64,000 nt of DNA from a bacterium (GTDB lineage Bacteria; JAAXHH01). Numbering within the stretch: position 1 is the stretch's first letter; every line of letters starts with the position of its first letter. The notes below the pieces were generated by a model. That model did not search any database, was not told the DNA's origin, and worked only from the letters and a program-made list of their open reading frames with translations. Where the stretch lies: assembly GCA_965240335.1 (NCBI GenBank), contig CBDEKM010000011.1, positions 129,693 to 193,692 of the forward strand. Reading direction: 5' to 3'. Shown here one piece after another: positions 52,082 to 62,020 of the stretch. A program made the translations under genes and the position numbers.

Positions 52082-52243
52082 GGCATGTTTCGAAGAACCC
52101 GCGGGATAACATATAATCGCCCTTGCATGATGAAGGTTGTATCTTCGCTACTATCTTGACAATCTGGGAAACGATTACACTGTGCGGGAATTTTAGTATC
52201 TCATTTTATAGAATTAAGAAACAAATCTCGAATGAAGATCAAC

Positions 52244-52802
52244 TCATCTAGGCCAATTGTTAGTTTCTATGGTGTTTGCTTCAATCTTCTCTAGTAATGT
52301 CACACTAAGTTCCTGTGCTTTCTGTATCTGGTTACGTGTCATCCTTTCTCGAAGTAGGTCTTTGTTTTCTATAGCTAATCTGTTGCCTTGAGCCGCGGCA
52401 ATATTGGCCCAAGCGTAAGCTCGGATGTAATCCTCCAACACCCCTTCTCCGAATGAATACATAAATCCAAGATTTTGTTGGGCACTAGCAATACCCTGTT
52501 CTGCAGCCTTTGTGTACCACTTTACAGCCTCAGCATCGTTTTCGGGTATTCCCTCACCGCTTGAGTACATCAAACCGACGTAAAATTGAGCAGAAGCCAT
52601 ACCCTGTTCTGCGGCTTTCAGAAACCAGTTAAACTCCTCAACGTTGTTTTCAAGTACGCCCTCGCCGCTTGAGTACCTCAAACCGACGTTAAACTGAGCG
52701 GAAGCATGACCCTGTTCTGCGGCTTTCAGATACCAGTTAAACGCTTCAGTGTCGTTTTCAGGTACGCCCTCACCTCTTGAATACATCACGCCGAGGTAAA
52801 AC
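52244..52802 (-). pseudogene. Sel1 (TPR-like) repeat protein, C-terminal fragment abutting IS copy 2
   Basis: Repeated …AQFNVGL(R/M)YSSGEGV…WYTKAAEQG… Sel1 units. The apparent N-terminus of the track ORF is IS read-through. Confidence 0.6.
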
Positions 52803-52857
52803 TGGAGTTGACCCGGTTTAGCGGACATGTTATCTCTTGTGTTGAAAGGAGCGTCAC

Positions 52858-53169
52858 ATGCCCAGATCCCATGCTCGATATCCAGCGGCCTTTCGCCAGC
52901 AGATGGTCGACCTCGTTCGTTCCGGCCGCAGTCCCGAAGCCCTGTCCAAGGAGTTCGAACCCACCGCACAAGCCATCCGCAACTGGGTCAAACAGGATGA
53001 CCTGGACAAGGGCAGGCGGGAAGACGGCCTGACCACCGAAGAACGGACCGAACTGCGTCGTCTGCGCCGTGAGAACAAGCAGCTCAAGATGGAACGGGAG
53101 ATCCTGGCAAAAGCCGCGGCCTGGTTCGCCCGGGAGACCGAGACGCTGCCCGAGTCTTCTCGTTCATAA
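52858..53169 (+). CDS. IS3-family transposase OrfA
   Basis: Identical 103-aa product to the ORF at 39420-39731. Confidence 0.8.
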   Translation: MPRSHARYPAAFRQQMVDLVRSGRSPEALSKEFEPTAQAIRNWVKQDDLDKGRREDGLTTEERTELRRLRRENKQLKMEREILAKAAAWFARETETLPESSRS

Positions 53170-53249
53170 AGGCGCACCAGGCCTCCTATCCCGTTCGCCG
53201 GCTCTGCGGCCTGCTGGAAGTCTCCCCCAGCGGCTACTATGGCTGGCTG

Positions 53250-54014
53250 ATGCGGCCCGCCTCTAAAAGGGCCAGAGACGATGCCATGCTGCTGAATCGT
53301 ATGAACTCGATCCATCAATGCTCCCACGGTACCTACGGCGCGCCGCGCATCCATGCGGAACTTTGCGAGTTGGGCATACGCGTAGGACTCAAACGCGTCG
53401 CCCGCCTGATGCGCATGGCCGCTATCAGCGGGGTATCACGCCGCAGAGCCGTGCGCACTACAAGGCGATCCGAAGAGGGCAGGAAGGCACCGGATCTGGT
53501 CAACCGGGACTTCACCGCTCCGTCCAGGGACAGGTTGTGGGTAGCCGATATCACCTACGTGCCGACCCATGCGGGCTTCCTCTATCTCTCTGTGGTGATA
53601 GACGCCTTCAGTCGCCGCGTGGTCGGCTGGTCCATGGCCAACCATCTGCGAAGCGAGTTGGTCAAAGACGCCCTCGACATGGCCCTTTGCCAGCGCAGAC
53701 CTGATGAGGTGATCCACCACAGCGACCAGGGGTCCCAATACACCTCCGTGGCCTTCGGCAAACGATGCAGACAGGCTGGCGTAAGACCGTCTATGGGTTC
53801 GGTCGGCGACTGTTACGACAACGCCCTGTGCGAGAGCTTCTTCGCCAGTCTGGAATGCGAACTGCTTGATCGCAGGCGTTTTGCCACAAAGGCCGAGGCC
53901 AGACTCGCCCTGTTCGAATACATCGAGGGCTTCTACAACACCCAGAGAAGACACTCTTCCCTCGGATATCTATCACCCATAAACTTCGAAAGGAAGTTCA
54001 AGAAAACAGCCTGA
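53250..54014 (+). CDS. IS3-family transposase OrfB (DDE)
   Basis: Identical 254-aa product to the ORF at 38575-39339. Confidence 0.85.
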   Translation: MRPASKRARDDAMLLNRMNSIHQCSHGTYGAPRIHAELCELGIRVGLKRVARLMRMAAISGVSRRRAVRTTRRSEEGRKAPDLVNRDFTAPSRDRLWVADITYVPTHAGFLYLSVVIDAFSRRVVGWSMANHLRSELVKDALDMALCQRRPDEVIHHSDQGSQYTSVAFGKRCRQAGVRPSMGSVGDCYDNALCESFFASLECELLDRRRFATKAEARLALFEYIEGFYNTQRRHSSLGYLSPINFERKFKKTA

Positions 54015-54055
54015 ATCCTAAACCGTAAACTGTCCACGAAAACGGGGTAACATCA

Positions 54056-54474
54056 CCCTGTTCCCAACCCAAATAGATCTGACCGAGGTTAAACTGAGCT
54101 CCAGCATGTCCATTATTTGACGCCATTCGATACCATTTCAAGGCTTCTTCGGGATCATTGGGTTCCTGCGAATCTGGATAATACCAATCACCGAGATAAT
54201 GCTGAGCTTCGACATGACCACGCTCAGCTGCTATTCGGCACCAATTTAGGGCTTTATCTGTTTCTCTTTCCGATTCGTACAATTTTCCTAGTTGGAATTG
54301 AGCTTCTAAGTCGCCCAGTTCTGCTGCAAATAAACACGAGGCTTTACGAATTTGCTTCGTCAATGATTCATCTAGACATACCCTGAGTGAATTCTCAGGA
54401 GCGGACTGGGCTAAAGCCTGGAATGCTATGGTTATCAAAAGCCCGTAGGCATATCCTTTGCATAAATTATGCAT
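54056..54474 (-). pseudogene. Sel1 repeat protein, N-terminal fragment with signal peptide, truncated by IS copy 2
   Basis: Signal peptide MHNLCKGYAYGLLITIAFQALAQSAP followed by Sel1 repeats. The C-terminal residues of the track ORF are IS read-through. Confidence 0.6.
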
Positions 54475-54645
54475 TTTTTAAAACCCCATTCTTGTCCAAC
54501 CACAATGCAATGACTTAGTTCTGCTAAACACTCGGCGGTTCTGATTGGTTTAATGGTAACTACTAACATTGATTCTGTTTTTATTAACCAAAAGTAGTCA
54601 GTCCGGCAAGCAAGTAATCACCGAAAACAAATTTTACCAGTTCAA

Positions 54646-55800
54646 TTACGTCATTTCCAACCCTCGCCTCGCCCCAACCACCTTTTCCACCGCCTGCTCC
54701 CGCGTATCGGCCATCGCCGTCAAGTGACCCATCTTCCTTCCCGGCCGTGGCTCTTGCTTCCCGTACAGGTGCAGCTTGACCTCCGGAATGGCCAGGGCAG
54801 CCGCCCAGTTCGGTTCTCCGTTTTTCCACAGGTCCCCCAGCAGGTTGGCCATGGCGGCCGGACGCGGTTGTTCGGTAGAACCTAGGGGGAGTCCGCACAC
54901 GGCTCGGACCTGCTGCTCGAACTGGCTGGTGACGCAGGCGTCGAAGGTGAAGTGACCGGAGTTGTGGACGCGCGGGGCGATCTCGTTGATGATAAGGTTT
55001 TTATCGCGGTCGAGGAAATACTCGACGCAGGCGACGCCGACAACGTCGAGGGCATCGAACACTCTCCTCGTGAGGTTTACGGCGGTGACGTTTATTGCGC
55101 CCGACACATCGGCTGGTGCGGTGGTTAAGTCCAGGATGTGGCGGCTGTGCTTGTTTTCTACGGTGCCGTAATGGGAGAAATCTCCTGTTAATCCTCGTGC
55201 GGCCACCACCGAGAGTTCGAGGTCGAAATCGATGAACGCCTCAAGGACAGCCTCCTGGCCTGTCAATGACGACCACGCGCCCTCCACATCATTCTCAGTC
55301 TCTATGCGCACCTGTCCTTTGCCGTCATAGCCGAATCCGGCCGTTTTGAGTACGGCTGGCGTACCGATTTCGTCGACGCCATTCGCGAGTTCTTCCTTGG
55401 TACTTATGTGGCGAAAAGGCGCGACTGGAAAACCGTTTTCGGCAAGGAAAGTCTTCTCTCTCAGGCGGTTCTGGGTGGTGTGAAGCACGCTACCCTTTGG
55501 GCGTACAGGCGCAATTGGTGAGGCGGCGTCGACGCAAACCGCGGATATGTTTTCGAACTCTAGCGTGATTACGTCCACGTCACCGGCAAAGCGCTTCACG
55601 GCCTCTACGTCGTCATAGGAAGCCACGACCTCACGGTCGGCGACCTGACCCGTGGGCGAGTCGGCCTCGGGCGATAAAGTGTGGACGCGGTAACCCATGC
55701 GCCGGGCGGCGATGGCGATCATGCGTCCGAGTTGGCCGCTGCCGAGGATGCCAATTGTAGAACCGGGAAGTACGGGGTGTTTCCTATCGCTCATGTTCAT
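54646..55800 (-). CDS. purK: N5-carboxyaminoimidazole ribonucleotide synthase (ATP-grasp)
   Basis: 384 aa with N-terminal GILGSGQLGRM and an ATP-grasp core. Confidence 0.85.
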   Translation of the reverse strand: MNMSDRKHPVLPGSTIGILGSGQLGRMIAIAARRMGYRVHTLSPEADSPTGQVADREVVASYDDVEAVKRFAGDVDVITLEFENISAVCVDAASPIAPVRPKGSVLHTTQNRLREKTFLAENGFPVAPFRHISTKEELANGVDEIGTPAVLKTAGFGYDGKGQVRIETENDVEGAWSSLTGQEAVLEAFIDFDLELSVVAARGLTGDFSHYGTVENKHSRHILDLTTAPADVSGAINVTAVNLTRRVFDALDVVGVACVEYFLDRDKNLIINEIAPRVHNSGHFTFDACVTSQFEQQVRAVCGLPLGSTEQPRPAAMANLLGDLWKNGEPNWAAALAIPEVKLHLYGKQEPRPGRKMGHLTAMADTREQAVEKVVGARRGLEMT

Positions 55801-55843
55801 CGCTCGTTTGCGTCGCCCATATCAGTCGTGCTGTACATGCCAC

Positions 55844-56347
55844 TCAAGGCAAATTATCGCCCATGACTTTGCCAGTTTGATCGTCCCGGTACTGCCTGAG
55901 TTTCTCCCTGAGTTCAGGCCGCGAGTTGGCCAGGATGGCCACGGCGAGCAGGGCCGCGTTCACGGCGCCGGACTGGCCGATGGCCAGGGTGCCCACGGGG
56001 ATGCCTCGGGGCATCTGGACGATGGAGAGCAGGGAGTCCATGCCCTTGAGCGCCTTGCTCTCCACGGGTACGCCGAGTACGGGAAGTAGAGTCTGTGCCG
56101 CCATCATGCCCGGGAGGTGGGCTGCGCCGCCGGCGCCGGCGATGATGACTTCGAGTCCTCGTTCCTCGGCTTCGGCCGCGTATTCTGCGAGCCACAGGGG
56201 CGTCCGGTGGGCCGAGACGATCCGGCATTCTTGGGGCACGTCGAACTGCTCGAGCACGTCCCTGACGTTCTGCATGGTGTCCCAGTCGGATTTGCTTCCC
56301 ATGACCACGCCAACCAGGGGATTGGGAGAGGAACTGTTCTTGCTCAT
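55844..56347 (-). CDS. purE: N5-carboxyaminoimidazole ribonucleotide mutase
   Basis: 167 aa with a PurE fold (…[12 protein letters not shown]…[14 protein letters not shown]…). Confidence 0.9.
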   Translation of the reverse strand: MSKNSSSPNPLVGVVMGSKSDWDTMQNVRDVLEQFDVPQECRIVSAHRTPLWLAEYAAEAEERGLEVIIAGAGGAAHLPGMMAAQTLLPVLGVPVESKALKGMDSLLSIVQMPRGIPVGTLAIGQSGAVNAALLAVAILANSRPELREKLRQYRDDQTGKVMGDNLP

Positions 56348-56416
56348 GGTTTCACCTCTGAGAGGTTGGGTTCATGTTCGGGATGCAGTTTGAGGCCCCT
56401 TCGATTCAATACGATA

Positions 56417-57394
56417 CTATGAACCGCCGTTCTGCGCCACAATATGCGCAACAACCTTTGGTCCATGCAACCGGCTGTTCTCGATGAAGATGTCGCTGCT
56501 CAGGTTGCCGGCCGTGATGACGCCGATGATGTATATACCGGGCACGTTGGATTCGAAGGTGTCTGGATCGTGGACCGGTATATTGTCTTCGGGCTGAACC
56601 ACGACGCCCGTGCCGTTGAGAAAGGGCACGTCGGGTCCATGCCCGGTCATGCAGAAGACGAAATCGTTTCGGATCACGCGTTCTTCACCCGCAACATCAA
56701 GGACCACCTCGGTCTGGCGGATTTCCTTCAGGGTAGAATCCATGATGGCCGTGACCGATCCTTCGCCGATGCGGTTTTCGAGGTCGGGCAGGACCCAGTA
56801 CTTGATGCCCTGGAACGCGCTCCTGCGGTAGGACATGGTAACCCGGGCACCTGCGCGGTACAGGGTCAGGGCCGTCTCTACGGCCGAACTCTTGCCACCC
56901 ACGACGAGGACGTCCCGATCGAAGAAAGGGTGGGCTTCCTTGAAGTAGTGGAAGACCTTGGGCAATTCCTCGCCGGGCACGCCGATCCGGTTGGCGCTGT
57001 CGAAAGCGCCGGTGGCGAGGATGATTTTTCGGGCCCGGTAGCACCTTTCGCCCTCCCGTTGCGAGACGGTCCGGATCTCGAAATCCCCATCCTGTCCGGA
57101 GATTCGGAGGACTTCTTCGTAGGTATTTACCTTCAGTTCCTGGGACTCCACGAATTTCAGGTAGTAGTTCAGCGCATCTTCCCGGGTGGGCTTGAGCCCC
57201 TGGATGATCATGGGCACGTCCCCGAGAGAGATGAGTTCCGGGGTCGAGTAGAAGACCAGGCCCGTGGGAAACTGGTAGATGGTGTGGACGATGCACTGTC
57301 GCTCTACGACCAGGTAGTCCAATCCTGCTTGCTTGGCTGCATAGGCCGCGGCGAGTCCCGCCGGTCCGGCCCCTATGATGACTGCGTCGTACAA
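56417..57394 (-). CDS. FAD/NAD(P)-dependent oxidoreductase (thioredoxin-reductase-like, YpdA-type)
   Basis: GxGxxG (YDAVIIGAGPAGLAAA) and a second dinucleotide motif (VLVVGGKSSAVETA). TTG start at 57394 with a GGAGG Shine-Dalgarno; the track ORF start at 57493 overlaps the upstream gene. Confidence 0.7.
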   Translation of the reverse strand: MYDAVIIGAGPAGLAAAYAAKQAGLDYLVVERQCIVHTIYQFPTGLVFYSTPELISLGDVPMIIQGLKPTREDALNYYLKFVESQELKVNTYEEVLRISGQDGDFEIRTVSQREGERCYRARKIILATGAFDSANRIGVPGEELPKVFHYFKEAHPFFDRDVLVVGGKSSAVETALTLYRAGARVTMSYRRSAFQGIKYWVLPDLENRIGEGSVTAIMDSTLKEIRQTEVVLDVAGEERVIRNDFVFCMTGHGPDVPFLNGTGVVVQPEDNIPVHDPDTFESNVPGIYIIGVITAGNLSSDIFIENSRLHGPKVVAHIVAQNGGS

Positions 57395-57407
57395 GTTACC
57401 TCCGATG

Positions 57408-59312
57408 TCATTCTTCCAGTTCCATGATGGCGACCTCCCACTCCACGTAGAGTTCTTCCAGTTCCGTTCGGGCCTGCACGTAAGCGTTTCCAACCTCGGC
57501 CACCTTTTCGTGGTCGGACAGGGTATTTTCTTCGTTTAGGTCGCCCTCCAGGCGCGCGATCTCGGCCTCTTTCTCCCGGATGGCCGTCTCCAGGGTCTCG
57601 GCCACTTTCTGTTGTTCCTTTCGCTCCTTCGCCCTTGGATCGTAGGTCGCAGGTGCCCGCTTGCGGCGCGGTGTCTTCTCTTTCGCCCTGGCCGCGTCGA
57701 GTCGCTGTTCCTCCCTGTGGGATCGAAATTCCGAGTAGGTGCCCTGCCAGTGGCTGACGCCGTCCGGTTCGAAGACCAACAGTGCATTTACCGTCTGGTC
57801 AAGGAAGTACCGGTCGTGGGACGCCACCATCAGAGTGCCTGGATAGTCGTCCAGGGCCTGCTCGAGGGCCTGGCGCGAAAGGATGTCGAGATGGTTGGTC
57901 GGCTCGTCGAGGACGAGGAAGTTCGGTTCTTCGAGGATCAGCTTGGCCAGCGCCAGGCGGCCCTGCTCACCCCCGCTCAGCAGCTCGACCTGCTTGAAGA
58001 CGTCGTCTCCGCGGAACAGGAATCGGCCAAGGAGGTTGCGTACCGTTCCCTCGTTCATGGACGGTTTGACGGACCAGAGTTCGTTCAGTACGGAGCGATC
58101 GCCCGACAGGCTGGCCCGCTCCTGGTCGTAGTAGCCGATGTCCACGCCCGTTCCGAGGCGGATGGTCCCCGACGAGGGCGTTTCCTGGCCGACGATCATA
58201 CGGAGCAGCGTGGTCTTTCCGGCCCCGTTGTACCCGATCAGGCCCACACGGTCACCGAGGTGCTGGATAAAGGTCAGTTCGGAGAACAGCGTCTTCAGCC
58301 CGTAACTCTTGGATAGGTCGTCGAGTTGGAGCACGTCCCTGCCGCTGCGCTTCATGGAGCCGAAGTTGAGGGAAGCCGTGCGGTGCCTGGTACGTGGTTT
58401 CTCGATGCGCTTCAGGCGCTCCAGGTGGCTGCGGCGGCCCTGGGCCTGCAGGGTTTTCACCCCTTCGATGTGGCGCCGGATGAACTCTTCCCGTTCCTTG
58501 ATAAAAGCCTGCTGCTGATCGTACTGCCGTTGCTGCGCCTTGAGACGTTCGGCCTTGACTGCCATGGCCTGGGAGTAGTTGCCAGGGAAGTTCTTCAGTC
58601 CCAGGTCTTCCAGTTCGGAGATGTGATCCACGGTATGGTCAAGGAAGTAGCGGTCGTGGGAAACGACCAGGATCGCCGCCGGGTGTTCCGTGATGTACTC
58701 CTCCAGCCATTCCGTCGCGGCCACGTCGAGATGGCTTTCCGGTTCGTCCAGCAGCAGCAGGTCCGCGTCGCCCAGTAACAGCTTGCCCAGGCGCAGGCGG
58801 GTTTTCTGTCCCCCGCTCAGCACGTGGACGGGCAGGGGCAGGTCCTCGCCCTTGAAACCCAGACCGTGAAGTACCGTCTGCGCGCGGTGCTGGTAGGTAT
58901 ATCCCCCGGTCCGCTCGTACTCTTCTTCCAGTCGACCGTACAGCAGCAGCCGGCGCTCGGTTTCTTCCGCGTCGCCCCTGGCTTTCTCCAGGGCTTCTTC
59001 GGCCTCGCGAAGACGCCGTTCCAGTTCGTGAATACGCTCGAAACTGCTTAGCGCCTCGTCCAGGACGGAGTTGGTGGATGTCAGGTGTGCGTCCTGGGTC
59101 AGGTAGCCGATGTTGATATCGCGTCGGCGGGAGAGCTCGCCTTCGTCCGGCGACAGATCGCCGGTGATGAGCTGAAGCATGGTCGTCTTCCCGGTACCGT
59201 TGGAACCGATGAGGCCCACGTGGTGACCGGGATCGATGCCCCAGCTTATACCCTGCAGGACACACAGGGCGCCGTAGTATTTCGAGACTTTATGGAGGGA
59301 GACGAGGGCCAT
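57408..59312 (-). CDS. ABC-F family ATPase (tandem ABC domains, Uup/EttA/YheS-like translation factor type)
   Basis: Two Walker A motifs (GSNGTGKTT, GYNGAGKTT), two LSGG signatures and an interdomain linker. Start placed at MALVSL… because a terminator hairpin covers the 14 upstream codons. Confidence 0.8.
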   Translation of the reverse strand: MALVSLHKVSKYYGALCVLQGISWGIDPGHHVGLIGSNGTGKTTMLQLITGDLSPDEGELSRRRDINIGYLTQDAHLTSTNSVLDEALSSFERIHELERRLREAEEALEKARGDAEETERRLLLYGRLEEEYERTGGYTYQHRAQTVLHGLGFKGEDLPLPVHVLSGGQKTRLRLGKLLLGDADLLLLDEPESHLDVAATEWLEEYITEHPAAILVVSHDRYFLDHTVDHISELEDLGLKNFPGNYSQAMAVKAERLKAQQRQYDQQQAFIKEREEFIRRHIEGVKTLQAQGRRSHLERLKRIEKPRTRHRTASLNFGSMKRSGRDVLQLDDLSKSYGLKTLFSELTFIQHLGDRVGLIGYNGAGKTTLLRMIVGQETPSSGTIRLGTGVDIGYYDQERASLSGDRSVLNELWSVKPSMNEGTVRNLLGRFLFRGDDVFKQVELLSGGEQGRLALAKLILEEPNFLVLDEPTNHLDILSRQALEQALDDYPGTLMVASHDRYFLDQTVNALLVFEPDGVSHWQGTYSEFRSHREEQRLDAARAKEKTPRRKRAPATYDPRAKERKEQQKVAETLETAIREKEAEIARLEGDLNEENTLSDHEKVAEVGNAYVQARTELEELYVEWEVAIMELEE

Positions 59313-59352
59313 GCTGACGGGCTCGTTCGCTTGAGGGAAATGGGATATTATC

Positions 59353-59395
59353 AAAAAACCATGGAAGGCTGGATCGCTTCCATGGTTTTATCGAA
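59353..59395 (-). terminator. Rho-independent terminator, 12-bp perfect stem plus T-tract on the minus strand
   Basis: aaaaaaCCATGGAAGgctggatcgCTTCCATGGtttta; on the minus strand the hairpin is followed by TTTTTT. Confidence 0.45.
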
Positions 59396-59550
59396 CGATA
59401 GGCTTGCAGCCTGGAATTCGTATCAATTTGACCGGTTCAGGTATAGACCGGCTTAAGTATGGAACGGTTCAGATATGGATCGGTCTGGATTCAGGCAGAA
59501 CGGTTTGATTAAAACGAAACCGGCCGCGCCTGGATGAATCGACCCTGATC

Positions 59551-59871
59551 TTAGACGGCGGCGGCGGCCTGTTCGGTGACTTCTCCACCGGCGTACCACT
59601 CCACGAAGTTGTAGACACCCTTGCGGATGATCCCACGCGGATTGCCGTGTATGTCCACCCGGTCGCTGCGCATCGTGACGATCTTGGAACGGGTATCGAT
59701 CTCTTCGTCCTCGACAATGACCCGCGCCACGAAGTACTTGCCGTCTTGCTCGCAGACGCCGAATTCCATATTCTTGCTATTTAGATCCTGAACGCAGAAT
59801 TCGATGGCTTCACGCTTTTCGAATTCGCCCGTAACCTGGATATATTCACCCTCGGTGGGTCCCATCTGCAT
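59551..59871 (-). CDS. Hypothetical protein
   Basis: 106-aa ORF with no recognisable family, followed downstream by the terminator. Confidence 0.4.
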   Translation of the reverse strand: MQMGPTEGEYIQVTGEFEKREAIEFCVQDLNSKNMEFGVCEQDGKYFVARVIVEDEEIDTRSKIVTMRSDRVDIHGNPRGIIRKGVYNFVEWYAGGEVTEQAAAAV

Positions 59872-59949
59872 ACGAACTCTCTCTTCCTGCCGCGTACCTT
59901 TGGATTTGGTTAACGTTTACGGCGGCTTTCCGCGTATGTGTTTCTCGAT

Positions 59950-60729
59950 TCAACGATTCCGGAACTGCGCCGGTCGCTTTTCAAGAAACGCCGCGATGCC
60001 CTCCGCCTTGTCTTCTGTGGAGCTTACCGCTCCAAATTCACGGGCTTCCAGTGCCAGGGCTTCATCCAGTGCCTGATCCAGCCCTTCATTGACGCTGGTC
60101 TTGATGGAAGCGAGGGCGACACCGCCCTTGGCGGCCATGCGCCCGGCCAGTTCCCCGACCGTCTCCATCAATGCTTCCGGCGCCGTAACACGATTGACGA
60201 GCCCGAGGCGCTCTGCCTCATGGGCATCGAACATATCACCCGTCATCATCAACTCGAGGGCCCTTCCCCGGCCGATCAGCCGCGGCAGCCGCTGCGTTCC
60301 ACCCCATCCCGGGACCAGCCCAAGGTTGATTTCCGGTTGGCCGAACCGGGCTTTCTCCGAGGCGTAACGCATGTCGCACGCCATGACCAGTTCGCAGCCA
60401 CCTCCAAGCGCCACCCCGTTAACGGCGGCGATGACCGGCAGTCGAAATCCCTCGATCCGCCGGAAGAGGCGATGCCAGCGATGGGTCATTTCCTCGGCAT
60501 CCGAACCCGACAGCCGCTGCAGCTCCCGAATATCGGCGCCGGCGGCAAAGGCCTTATCGCCGCTCCCCGTGAGTACAACCACGGATGCGGTCGAATCGCC
60601 GTCGATCAGGTCCAGCGCCTCACCGAGCTCGGTTCCAACCTGTGCGCTGAGCACGTTCAAGGGTGGGTGGTTGATCGTGATCGTGACCACCCCGCCATCC
60701 TGGTTGAAGAGGATCGTCTCAAACGACAT
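59950..60729 (-). CDS. Enoyl-CoA hydratase/isomerase (crotonase) family protein
   Basis: 259 aa with crotonase-fold motifs (…VVVLTGSGDKAFAAGADI…GGGCELVMACD…). Confidence 0.8.
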   Translation of the reverse strand: MSFETILFNQDGGVVTITINHPPLNVLSAQVGTELGEALDLIDGDSTASVVVLTGSGDKAFAAGADIRELQRLSGSDAEEMTHRWHRLFRRIEGFRLPVIAAVNGVALGGGCELVMACDMRYASEKARFGQPEINLGLVPGWGGTQRLPRLIGRGRALELMMTGDMFDAHEAERLGLVNRVTAPEALMETVGELAGRMAAKGGVALASIKTSVNEGLDQALDEALALEAREFGAVSSTEDKAEGIAAFLEKRPAQFRNR

Positions 60730-60910
60730 GCAAGCGCCTTGTCGACGTGTCTGGAAAAACCCATTTCACCGAGGCGGTTCCTATCGAACTCGACCCGGTT
60801 TTCGCGTTAGCCACGAACGGTTTAAGATAATGTATTTACGTCACTTCGTCAATAGGAAAGTTATAAAATGTAGCACGTTCGTCACACAATTGGGGAGGGG
60901 AATCTGCCGC

Positions 60911-62011
60911 CTATTCCCGGTTGCGCGCGTCGACCGTCCACTGTTCGCGGCAGTGGCCGTCGCCATCGATCACGTACACCTGGCGGTGCAGTGCGGTACA
61001 TGGACACACGTGGGTGGGGAAGACGTATATGGGATTGCCGACCGACAGGCCCGAGGTGTCTGGGCAATCCATGATCCAGTGTTCCTCGTTATGCAGACCG
61101 GGTTCGGCACCGGGAAGGTTCCACGCGGTACCGCGCTGTCCCGCGGGATCCGAGGCGATGGCCTTATTGCCGAGATCCAGGGTTACCCGGGTGGCGGACG
61201 GGATGCTGATGATGCGGCTGAGCAACAGGGCCGCTGCTTCGAAGGGCAGATCGGGGAAGTGCCGGCTGTACCCCCAGTCCCAGAAGACCGAGGTGCCGGG
61301 CGACGGCTCCACGTCTTCGGCAGGAGCATAGCACGGAAAGGATACCGAACCGCCCATGACGCGCCGTGGCACGGACAGACCGCGGGATTCCAACTGTACC
61401 TGGAAGGCCCGAACCTGGTCCAGCGCGGCCCCGCAGGCCATCTTGCGTTCTTCGATGTCCTCCTGGTGGTTGTGACCGTCGTAGCCGTGGATTCCGCCAG
61501 GCGTGATGCCGGGCAGGTGGTCCAAGAGCGTGTAGAGTTCCACCGCCTTCGGACCGGGCGCGATCCCGGTGCGGTGCAGGCCCACGTCGAAATCCAAAAG
61601 GACGTCGATGGTCACCCCGGCACCGGCGGCAGCAGCCGAAAGTGCCTCGGCCGCACCGGGATCGTCCACCATGGCACGGAAGGTAGTTCCAGGGAAACGA
61701 CCGGCGAGATCGACCAGCCGTCCGATGTTGGGACCGATCATCTGGTAGGCGATGAAGACATCGTCCACGCCCATTTCCGCGAGCATCCGCGCCTCGTAAA
61801 TCGTGGCACATTTAAACTTGGAAATCCCGACTTCGCGCTGCATTTCGATGATGGTCCGCATCTTGTGGGTCTTCACGTGGGGACGCAGGCGCTCGGGACC
61901 TCCGGCGATCGCCAGGGTCCGGTCGATGTTCTCCCTCAGCCGCTCGCGGTAGACCAGCATGGACGGACTGGGAATCTCATGGACGTTGGCTACGAGGTAT
62001 CGGGGATCCAT
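60911..62011 (-). CDS. PLP-dependent DSD1/D-threonine-aldolase-like enzyme (alanine racemase N-terminal fold + D-serine-dehydratase-like C-terminal domain)
   Basis: 366 aa with PLP-lysine motif (…PHVKTHK…) and a C-terminal beta domain. Confidence 0.65.
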   Translation of the reverse strand: MDPRYLVANVHEIPSPSMLVYRERLRENIDRTLAIAGGPERLRPHVKTHKMRTIIEMQREVGISKFKCATIYEARMLAEMGVDDVFIAYQMIGPNIGRLVDLAGRFPGTTFRAMVDDPGAAEALSAAAAGAGVTIDVLLDFDVGLHRTGIAPGPKAVELYTLLDHLPGITPGGIHGYDGHNHQEDIEERKMACGAALDQVRAFQVQLESRGLSVPRRVMGGSVSFPCYAPAEDVEPSPGTSVFWDWGYSRHFPDLPFEAAALLLSRIISIPSATRVTLDLGNKAIASDPAGQRGTAWNLPGAEPGLHNEEHWIMDCPDTSGLSVGNPIYVFPTHVCPCTALHRQVYVIDGDGHCREQWTVDARNRE

Positions 62012-62020
62012 TGGTGCTCC

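Larger units (their letters stand above)
52803..54055 (+). mobile_element. IS3-family insertion sequence, copy 2 (identical to copy 1, opposite orientation)
   Basis: Same 1253-bp sequence. OrfA is at 52858-53169 and OrfB at 53250-54014, with its frame open upstream. The left inverted repeat carries an inward TTGACC -35-like hexamer. Confidence 0.85.

Noticed and set aside
38534-54055. Composite transposon carrying the helicase-nuclease, sulfatase and other cargo
   Set aside because: The outer flanks (…caac / ccct…) share no target-site duplication and the IS copies are inverted. IS-adjacent deletion or recombination fits better.
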